This document shows, one piece after another, positions 46,636 to 53,702 of a DNA stretch of 53,702 bases. The position numbers and the translations under genes were made by a program. Within the stretch, counting starts at the first letter, position 1, and every line of letters begins with the position of its first letter. The notes under the pieces were generated by a model. The model made no database searches, was not told the DNA's origin, and was given only the letters and a program-made list of their open reading frames with translations. The stretch comes from a virus (taxonomy: Duplodnaviria > Caudoviricetes): positions 1-53,702 of the IMG/VR virus record IMGVR_UViG_3300021375_002114; one strand, written 5' to 3'.

Positions 46636-47823
46636 ATGCGTAAACTTTTCTACATGGGTCTTGAATCTTATGAGGCACGTTATACACTACAACTAACTGA
46701 ATGGAATCGACGTGTATTTGATCGTAGAGGACTTGATGTTGTATATGTTCCAGGCACAACTATTGATGATACAAAAAGTATTAGTGTTGGACAAGTGTTA
46801 GATGCACATGGAAGAAGTTACTTTGGTATGAGCCAAATAATGAATCTAGTACAGATGATGCGTAATGGTGATTGTACTGGAGATGATGTAATTTACTTTG
46901 AAGATATGTTTCAACCAGGTATTGAGAGTCTGCCATATATTATGGACCAGATTCCAGATAACCAAAGACCCCGAGTGTATGTACGCTGTCTTGCCCAAGC
47001 AATTGATCCAGATGATTTCGTACATGTTTGGGGCATGTCCAAATGGATGGGCCTATATGAGAAAATGGTATGTGAGTTTGCCACAGTCTTGGCTACCAAT
47101 GAAGAGATGGTAGCACACATGAAGATTGCTGGTTGGGAGTCACCTATATACAATATCTCAGGCTTAGCCTTTGGCAAGGAGGAAGTTCAGGAAAGGTTGG
47201 GCGAACGGATAAAGCCTTTCCATGAACGTGCTAATAGAATTTGTTTCAGTGCAAGATTTGATCAAGAGAAGCAACCAGACTTCTTTATGGATCTAGTAGA
47301 ACGTTACAGTGAGCAACATCCAGGTGCTCAAACATTTGCAATACTACAAGGTGGTCCGCTTAGAAGTAACAATGAAAAGTATATCACTCGTGCAAGAGAA
47401 CTACAGTCACGTGGCATACTAGAAATACATGAGAACTTACAAAAGCATGAATACTATAAAATACTAAATGATAGTAGAGTATTGTTTAATTGTGCTTTAC
47501 AAGATTGGGTGAGCAATACTGTCAGTGAAGCAGATGCATTAGGTTGTAATGTATTGTATCCAGCATACAGAAGTTTTCCAGAAACATTTGCAAACGATCC
47601 TAATAGGTTATATGTTCCTTGGAGCATTGATGACGTTGAAGTTAAACTAGGCAACCTACTAAAAGAAGCACATCACAACATGGGCTTGATAAGCGATCAT
47701 ACAGATGGTACTGTTGATAGAGTTGTTGATATCATGCAAGGCAACGGAGAACAATGGTTACGTACAGGCAATAGATATAGAGATCATGTTGCTGGTGCAA
47801 AATATGCGGTTAACAAGATATGA
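46636..47823 (+). CDS. GT-B (GT4-like) glycosyltransferase
   Basis: FSARFDQEKQP, FNCALQD..SNTVSEA..LGC..YP signature of retaining GT-B enzymes. Confidence 0.75.
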   Translation: MRKLFYMGLESYEARYTLQLTEWNRRVFDRRGLDVVYVPGTTIDDTKSISVGQVLDAHGRSYFGMSQIMNLVQMMRNGDCTGDDVIYFEDMFQPGIESLPYIMDQIPDNQRPRVYVRCLAQAIDPDDFVHVWGMSKWMGLYEKMVCEFATVLATNEEMVAHMKIAGWESPIYNISGLAFGKEEVQERLGERIKPFHERANRICFSARFDQEKQPDFFMDLVERYSEQHPGAQTFAILQGGPLRSNNEKYITRARELQSRGILEIHENLQKHEYYKILNDSRVLFNCALQDWVSNTVSEADALGCNVLYPAYRSFPETFANDPNRLYVPWSIDDVEVKLGNLLKEAHHNMGLISDHTDGTVDRVVDIMQGNGEQWLRTGNRYRDHVAGAKYAVNKI

Positions 47824-48773
47824 AACAAGTTGCAATCACAGGTGGCGGCGGCTACATAGGTGGACAGACTGCTATATATTTTAAGGAACAAGGTTGGGAA
47901 GTTACAGTTGTAGATAGACATAACTTACCAGAAAGACTTGCGCCATTTGTTGATAGATTTCTGCATGATGAATTCCATAACGAAGATGCACTAAAACAGT
48001 ATGCAAGTGTTGATAGCATTATTCACTGTGCAGGATCCAGTTTGGTTGGTCCAAGTATTAAAAATCCTAGTCAGTACTATGAAAACAATTTTATTGCTAC
48101 AAAACGTATGCTTGACCACTTGTGTCAATATGGCTATCATCCTAAGGTTGTGTTTAGTAGCAGTGCCGCAGTGTATGGCAATCCAATAGCAATACCAATC
48201 TCTGAGGAAGATCCTAAGTTGCCTATATCACCATATGGTATAAGCAAACATATGGTTGAACAATTGTTGGAAACCTACAGTGAAGCATACGGACTTAACT
48301 ATGTTGGCCTACGGTATTTCAATGCCGCAGGTGCTGATCCTGAAGGTAGGCATGGACAAGAAAAATCTGCTACACACATTATCGCACGTGTGATGGAAGC
48401 AATAAAAGAACAAAAGCAGTTCACACTATTTGGCACAGGACTAGCAACCGAAGACGGCACTTGTGTTAGAGACTATGTACATGTTGCTGACATTGCCAAA
48501 GCACATTTTCTTGCACAACAGGATCATGTGGTACCGGGCTTTTACAATTTAAGCACAGGAATGGGTGCTAGTAATTTAGAGATACTTCGTAAGTGTTGCA
48601 CAGTAAGTGGGAGTAAGCCTACTACAGTTGTAGAAGGACCGGGTAGACCAGGAGACCCAGATACACTAGTTGCAAATAACACAAAGTTTTATGATGTATG
48701 TCAATGGAAAAATGAATATCATGTAGATGATATAGTAGAACATGCATGGAAGTGGTATAATCGAAATGTTTGA
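47820..48773 (+). CDS. galE: UDP-glucose 4-epimerase
   Basis: TGGGGYIG, FSSSAAVYG, PYGISK, LRYFNAAG, DGTCVRDYVHV. Confidence 0.92.
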   Translation: MKQVAITGGGGYIGGQTAIYFKEQGWEVTVVDRHNLPERLAPFVDRFLHDEFHNEDALKQYASVDSIIHCAGSSLVGPSIKNPSQYYENNFIATKRMLDHLCQYGYHPKVVFSSSAAVYGNPIAIPISEEDPKLPISPYGISKHMVEQLLETYSEAYGLNYVGLRYFNAAGADPEGRHGQEKSATHIIARVMEAIKEQKQFTLFGTGLATEDGTCVRDYVHVADIAKAHFLAQQDHVVPGFYNLSTGMGASNLEILRKCCTVSGSKPTTVVEGPGRPGDPDTLVANNTKFYDVCQWKNEYHVDDIVEHAWKWYNRNV

Positions 48774-49362
48774 TAAGTTTACAGAATTTGAAAATGCACT
48801 TATTAACTATACAGGTGCGCCTTGTGTAGTGCTTACAGATTGTTGCACACATGCTATAGAACTATACTTGCGTTTAAAAAATATTAAACAAACAGTTACT
48901 ATTCCATACAAAAGTTATATCAGTGTTCCAATGACATTCCATAAGTTAGGTATAGATTATCAATACGATACCAATGTAGAATGGCAATATGAATATAGAA
49001 TTGCACCTACTAATATATGGGATAGTGCAAGACTATTTGATCAAGGAATGTACAGAGCAGGACAAGTGCAATGTCTAAGTTTTGGGTATAGTAAAAGATT
49101 AGAAATCGGTCACGGCGGAGCAATACTTCTAAGCAATCCAGAAGAAGCAAGAATACTACGTGAAATGTCCTATGATGGAAGAGATTTTAAAAATATATCT
49201 CCTTGGGAGCAACAAAAGGAGTGGCGTGTTGGCTACCATTACCGTCCTAGTATAGAGGACTGTATCAAAGGTTTGTATATGCTAGAAAATAATAAACTTA
49301 AAACAAAAGAAAGCCAACAATATTACTATCCAGACTTAACTAAAATTAAAATTACCGGTTAA
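48766..49362 (+). CDS. Short DegT/DnrJ/EryC1/StrS-type PLP aminotransferase
   Basis: CCTHAI, YISVP, WDSA, SFGYSK (PLP lysine), HGGAIL; start ATG 48766. Confidence 0.75.
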   Translation: MFDKFTEFENALINYTGAPCVVLTDCCTHAIELYLRLKNIKQTVTIPYKSYISVPMTFHKLGIDYQYDTNVEWQYEYRIAPTNIWDSARLFDQGMYRAGQVQCLSFGYSKRLEIGHGGAILLSNPEEARILREMSYDGRDFKNISPWEQQKEWRVGYHYRPSIEDCIKGLYMLENNKLKTKESQQYYYPDLTKIKITG

Positions 49363-49363
49363 G

Positions 49364-49392
49364 TTGACAACGACCTAAATACCCCATATAAT
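49364..49392 (+). promoter_or_regulatory. Sigma70-type promoter with an embedded TAAATA
   Basis: TTGACA-N17-TATAAT; TAAATA at 49376-49381 in the spacer. Confidence 0.75.
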
Positions 49393-49425
49393 AATACTAT
49401 AATTTGTCTGACTGGGAGAACATAC

Positions 49426-50115
49426 ATGACAACAAGAGATAAGATAAAACAAAGACTTGAAGATAACAATGTTAGACATTGGGCTAACGACAACATTGCT
49501 GACTATATCGAAGAAGGTGAAAAGCAACAACTCATTGATGAAGCAGTTCCTGCTTTTGAAAACATGTTACAAAGTTTATTAATTGATACTAAAACAGACC
49601 CTAACAGTCAAGATACTGCAAGGCGTATGGCTAAGATGTATATCAATGAAATAATGAGCGGACGTTATGACCAAATGCCTAATCCAAGTAGTTTCCCTAA
49701 CTACATTGAAGGCGGTTATGAAGGCATGTTGGTAGTGAGAAGTGAACTTACAAGTTTGTGTTCGCATCATCATCAAACAGTAAAAGGTGTAGCATACATT
49801 GGTATCATTGCAGGCCCAACATTGTTAGGACTAAGCAAGTACACAAGAATTGCACAGTGGTGTGCAATGAGGGGTACATTACAAGAAGACCTCAATGGTA
49901 TGATTGCAAACGCAATACAAAAAGAAACAGGTAGTGAACACGTAGGTGTGTATGTTCAAGCAACACATGGTTGTTGTGAAAACAGAGGCATTAGAGCAAA
50001 GAGTAGTTTAACACAGACTACAGTTTTACGTGGTGCGTTTAAAGACAATCCAGCAACTACAAAAGAGTTTATGGATAATATAAAAATGCAACAACAATTT
50101 GCATGTGGAAATTGA
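49426..50115 (+). CDS. folE: GTP cyclohydrolase I
   Basis: TARRMAK, SLCSHH, GLSKYTR, LQE, HGCCENRG. Confidence 0.95.
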   Translation: MTTRDKIKQRLEDNNVRHWANDNIADYIEEGEKQQLIDEAVPAFENMLQSLLIDTKTDPNSQDTARRMAKMYINEIMSGRYDQMPNPSSFPNYIEGGYEGMLVVRSELTSLCSHHHQTVKGVAYIGIIAGPTLLGLSKYTRIAQWCAMRGTLQEDLNGMIANAIQKETGSEHVGVYVQATHGCCENRGIRAKSSLTQTTVLRGAFKDNPATTKEFMDNIKMQQQFACGN

Positions 50116-50210
50116 TATTGACTAAATATCAATCTAGAGCAGGATCAGCTCTGTAACCCACGGGTGAAGCATTTTAGTTAAAGAACACCCTCTAATAGAA
50201 AGTTAAATTA

Positions 50211-51281
50211 ATGAAACTACTACAACTATTGATAGTCGCACTATCAGTTATGTTTTTCAGTGTTGCCGCAACTGCTGGAGACAAGACTAAAGTAGGTTTT
50301 ATCTATGTTGGCCCAACTGGTGACCATGGATGGACTTACAGACACGATATCGGAAGACAAGACGTTGAGAAGCACTTTGGTGATAAAGTTGAAACAACTT
50401 TTATTGAAAGTGTAAAGTATGGACCTGATGCAGAACGTGCAATCAGAGCTATGGCCAAAGGCGGAGCAGATATTATATTTGCTACAAGTTTTGGTTATAT
50501 GGAGCCTATGCTTAAAGTAGCAAAAGAATTTCCAAATGTAAAATTTGAACATGCTACAGGTTACAAGCAAAGCAAAAACATGTCCAGTTACGGTTTAAGA
50601 TTATACCAAGCAAGGCATGTACAAGGTGTTATCGCAGGTATGATGACCAAGACCAACAAAATTTGTTATGTTGGTGCATTTCCAATTCCAGAAGTTATAC
50701 GTGAAATTAATACGTATTACTTGGGTGCTAAAAGTGTAAATCCAGATGTTGATATTGACATTATTTGGGTAAACACTTGGTATAATCCAGGTAGAGAAGC
50801 AGATGCAGCAAAGGTTATGATTGCAGAAGGTTGTGACATGGTTGCTCAGCATACTGATTCACCTGCGCCATTACAGACTGCACAAAAAGCAGGTGTACTA
50901 GGATTTGGTCAAGCAAGCGATCAATATAAGTTTGCTCCTAAAGCTCAGTTGACTGCAACTATTGACAACTGGTCACCATACTATATTGCTAAAGTACAAG
51001 CAGTAATTGATGGTACTTGGAAGAGCGGCGATTACTTTGGACACATGAAAGATGATGTTGTACAAATGGCACCATTTACTAACATGCCAGCAGATGTAAA
51101 AGCATTTGCACAAAAGATCAAAGATGGTATAACCAATGGCAAGTATTTTGCTTTCACTGGTCCTATCAAAGACAACACAGGCAAACTACAGTTGAAAGAC
51201 GGTGAGATTGCTGATGATGGACATCTGAACAGTATGATGTACTATGTTGAAGGTATTGATGCTAAAGTACCAGGAAAATAA
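50211..51281 (+). CDS. BMP-family ABC transporter substrate-binding protein (purine/nucleoside type)
   Basis: Signal peptide; VGFIYVGPTGDHGWT, ATSFGY, FPIPEV.R.IN, QHTDS; TAAATA at 50123. Confidence 0.9.
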   Translation: MKLLQLLIVALSVMFFSVAATAGDKTKVGFIYVGPTGDHGWTYRHDIGRQDVEKHFGDKVETTFIESVKYGPDAERAIRAMAKGGADIIFATSFGYMEPMLKVAKEFPNVKFEHATGYKQSKNMSSYGLRLYQARHVQGVIAGMMTKTNKICYVGAFPIPEVIREINTYYLGAKSVNPDVDIDIIWVNTWYNPGREADAAKVMIAEGCDMVAQHTDSPAPLQTAQKAGVLGFGQASDQYKFAPKAQLTATIDNWSPYYIAKVQAVIDGTWKSGDYFGHMKDDVVQMAPFTNMPADVKAFAQKIKDGITNGKYFAFTGPIKDNTGKLQLKDGEIADDGHLNSMMYYVEGIDAKVPGK

Positions 51282-51284
51282 GAC

Positions 51285-52145
51285 ATGATACCAGTAATTG
51301 ATTTTCAAAGCAAAACAGTACTGGAAGAGATACGCGAAGCCTATACAACTGTGGGCTTCGCAGTCTTTACTGATGCACTAAACACACAAGATCAAGATGA
51401 TATGAAATCTTGGTGGAAACTAATGCAAGACTTTTTTGATCTTGAACAAGAAACAAAAAACAAATATGCATATCAAACTGACAACAACTTGGGTTATAGC
51501 ATTGTTGGTGCAGAGAATGTAGACCCTAACGGTCCAAAAGACATGAAAGAGAGCTTTAATTATAATAACACTCGTATGCCTGAAGAACTATGGCCTGGTG
51601 ATATAAACGGATTTAAAGCAACTGCATTGCAGTCAATAGACATTGCAGACAAACTTACACTTAAAATATTAGAAAAATTTGACTTAATCTTAGATTCAGG
51701 CACAACATTAGTTGATGCACATCTACGTCCTTACAACACCACACGTGTTATTCATTATCCTGCAATGAAGCCCACAGTCAATAATCAACTACGTATTGGT
51801 GAACATTCAGACTATGGCACAATTACACTGCTTTGGGATATAAATGGTGTGCCAGGACTAGAAGTACAAGACATAGATGGCAAATGGCATCATGTTCCTT
51901 ATGTGTGGAATGGTGTAGTTGTGAACATTGGCGACTTGTTACAACGTTGGACTAACGATTACTTTAAAAGTACAAAGCACAGAGTAAACAATGACTACTG
52001 TCATGTGCCACGTTTTAGTATGCCACACTTTGTAGATCCTACTCCAGGTACTATAGTAGAAAATCTACTCAAAGAACCAAATCACTACGATCCAATAGAA
52101 TCAAAAGAATATTTAATGTGGCGATTAAGCCAAAGTTATGGTTGA
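51285..52145 (+). CDS. Isopenicillin-N-synthase-family 2OG-Fe(II) dioxygenase
   Basis: IPVID, GF, DMKE, HSDYGTITLL, NIGD, STKHRV, RFS. Confidence 0.9.
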   Translation: MIPVIDFQSKTVLEEIREAYTTVGFAVFTDALNTQDQDDMKSWWKLMQDFFDLEQETKNKYAYQTDNNLGYSIVGAENVDPNGPKDMKESFNYNNTRMPEELWPGDINGFKATALQSIDIADKLTLKILEKFDLILDSGTTLVDAHLRPYNTTRVIHYPAMKPTVNNQLRIGEHSDYGTITLLWDINGVPGLEVQDIDGKWHHVPYVWNGVVVNIGDLLQRWTNDYFKSTKHRVNNDYCHVPRFSMPHFVDPTPGTIVENLLKEPNHYDPIESKEYLMWRLSQSYG

Positions 52146-52169
52146 CAATTGTACGTAAAGTGCTATAAT
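52142..52169 (+). promoter_or_regulatory. Sigma70-type promoter
   Basis: TTGACA-N16-TATAAT with TGn. Confidence 0.75.
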
Positions 52170-52194
52170 AACAGTATTAACAACGAGGCAAGCG

Positions 52195-52578
52195 ATGCAT
52201 AGTTTAGATACGTTAGAAGTGGCAAAGCAAGAGGGCAGAGCCCCTTGGACCGATGTGCAGTTAGAAACAAAAGAATTTGTTGTATACAATGATGGCTTTC
52301 CGGTTACGCCAGGGCACACACTAGTTGTGCCTCGAGAATCGAACATGCAAAACTTGCTTCGTTGTTTCAATTATGCAATGCAAATGGGAAATGCAAATGT
52401 TGAAGGTGAAGGTAACGAGATTACAGGCTTCAACGTTGGTATTAATGTAGGTACAAGTGCAGGTCAAACTGTGATGTATCCTCATGTGCATTTGATTTTT
52501 AGAAGAGACAACGACACCAAAGATCCAACAGGCGGAGTTCGTAACGTAATACCAGGGAGTGGCATTTATAGTGATTAA
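52195..52578 (+). CDS. HIT-family nucleotide hydrolase
   Basis: PVTPGHTLVVP, AGQTV..HVHLI (first His of the triad replaced: YPHVH). Confidence 0.87.
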   Translation: MHSLDTLEVAKQEGRAPWTDVQLETKEFVVYNDGFPVTPGHTLVVPRESNMQNLLRCFNYAMQMGNANVEGEGNEITGFNVGINVGTSAGQTVMYPHVHLIFRRDNDTKDPTGGVRNVIPGSGIYSD

Positions 52579-53485
52579 TAGTCTTAATAATAAAATCGTT
52601 CGCAGATACATACCTATGCTTAATGACAAGTGGCGTAATCAGTTTTATTATGATGCATTGAATACACATGCTGCCGGTAAAGTAGTATTAGACATGGGAT
52701 CAGGCACAGGTATTTTGTCTTTTTATGCGTTAGCTGCCGGTGCTAAATTTGTCTATGCAGTGGAGAGGGATTCTGATGCTGCGGCTCTTACATATGAAGT
52801 TCTTAAACAACAATTTGATACGTCAAAATTTGCAGTGCTGAATTGTGATTTTTGGACTGATGAACTGAATCCAGGTCTATTACAGCATTCGATTGATATA
52901 CTTGTCAGCGAAACTGTTGGACCAGGGTTATTCGATCAAGGAATGATGCACACTTGGCACTGTCTAAAACCTTATCTGTCACCTGATGCTATTAGTATTC
53001 CAGATACTCTCAGTTGCGATTTACGGGTATGGCAAGATCCAGAATGTGTAGCAAGTTTACAACAACCTAGTTTAATAGAAACTAATGCATGTTTAAATCA
53101 AGAATTTGTCAAAGCATTACTAAGTCAGAATACTCCATCTTACAAAAAAATGCAGTGGGTAAATGTAGATTCTATCCTGTTTGAACCCGACCATATTTAC
53201 ACGGATAAAGTTGCTTACACAATGGATTGCTTGCCCGATCTCAACTTCAGTTCTGATCCCTATCCTGCACATATTAAACCAGATATCTCGTTTAGTTTTG
53301 AAACTAATGCACCGGCTTTCGTGGCAGTAATGAACAAAATTTCATTTGAATCTGAAACGTTATATACTAAATTCACAGGTCCAACTTCACCTGCATTTTA
53401 TATATCTACTGCTGGCAAATATCGTATGACTTATATCAATGTTGATCTCAGTCATTTGCCCGATGAAGAATGGGAACTATCTTAG
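52571..53485 (+). CDS. Protein-arginine-methyltransferase-like SAM-dependent methyltransferase
   Basis: MLND..RN..Y, VLDMGSGTGILS, VYAVE, DILVSE; start uncertain. Confidence 0.72.
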   Translation: MINSLNNKIVRRYIPMLNDKWRNQFYYDALNTHAAGKVVLDMGSGTGILSFYALAAGAKFVYAVERDSDAAALTYEVLKQQFDTSKFAVLNCDFWTDELNPGLLQHSIDILVSETVGPGLFDQGMMHTWHCLKPYLSPDAISIPDTLSCDLRVWQDPECVASLQQPSLIETNACLNQEFVKALLSQNTPSYKKMQWVNVDSILFEPDHIYTDKVAYTMDCLPDLNFSSDPYPAHIKPDISFSFETNAPAFVAVMNKISFESETLYTKFTGPTSPAFYISTAGKYRMTYINVDLSHLPDEEWELS

Positions 53486-53518
53486 TGAATTGCAACGTAA
53501 TACAAAGGAGTAGCAACT

Positions 53519-53702
53519 ATGGCAACTGATGAAGAACTAATTGAAGCAATTAAACGTCCAGACAGATACTATCATATAAGCATTGGAGGTTATGGTGGCG
53601 AAACAACCTATGCACGTATATCAAGTGCGGCATTTAATTATTGGAACGATCAGGAAACTAGCGAACTAGAAAGTTATATGGTTGGTCCAGAAAGTTACGT
53701 TG
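53519..53702 (+). CDS. Hypothetical protein, 3'-truncated by the window
   Basis: AAGGAG SD, ATG 53519, open to the end (MATDEELIEAIKRPDRYYHISIGGYGGE...). Confidence 0.75.
   Translation, partial: MATDEELIEAIKRPDRYYHISIGGYGGETTYARISSAAFNYWNDQETSELESYMVGPESYV

Noticed and set aside
50161-50210. Firm preQ1-I or xanthine riboswitch call
   Set aside because: Only partial resemblance; the required stem and conserved loop nucleotides could not be matched by eye, so it is kept only as a candidate leader
580-52629. Numerous 60-190-aa minus-strand and alternate-frame ORFs in the track
   Set aside because: They lie inside well-supported + strand genes and lack SD sequences and motifs; shadow ORFs. Only phoH is supported on the - strand
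1-53702. Stop-codon reassignment (TAG/TGA)
   Set aside because: Long genes are intact in code 11, and TAA, TAG and TGA all end genes next to the following start
1-53702. CRISPR array, integrase/transposase, introns or inteins in polymerase, clamp loader or PhoH
   Set aside because: No repeat-spacer array or mobile-element motifs seen; these proteins have normal lengths and continuous motifs

Overview
AT-rich, gene-dense segment, almost entirely + strand (only phoH is on the - strand), of a large T4-like (jumbo-type) dsDNA phage. The host is probably a marine Gram-negative proteobacterium: the window carries Rz/Rz1 spanins, NqrM, a periplasmic BMP protein and sigma70-type promoters. It encodes replication genes (clamp loader, DsbA-like protein, family B DNA polymerase, sliding clamp), a lysis cassette, DnaJ/ClpA, Dps and PhoH. 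A block of probable capsid-internal proteins carries T4-like targeting peptides. Many scattered glycosyltransferase, sugar-nucleotide, radical SAM, methyltransferase and 2OG-Fe(II) genes are present, together with a putative 7-deazaguanine pathway (TGT/DpdA-like, QueD-like, FolE) interleaved with a glycosyltransferase and GalE, and purine/phosphate auxiliary genes. The most unusual signals are: (1) a 103-nt tRNA-Asn(GUU) with an 11-bp variable arm directly behind an Asn/Asp-tRNA-synthetase catalytic core lacking an anticodon-binding domain; (2) a structured intergenic element (32166-32245) carrying two segments complementary to adjacent parts of the conserved 23S rRNA H69-H71 sequence; (3) the deazaguanine-plus-glycosylation cluster; (4) a 2OG-Fe(II) enzyme with a halogenase-type HxG motif. 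All product calls come from motif recognition by eye; no database searches were run.
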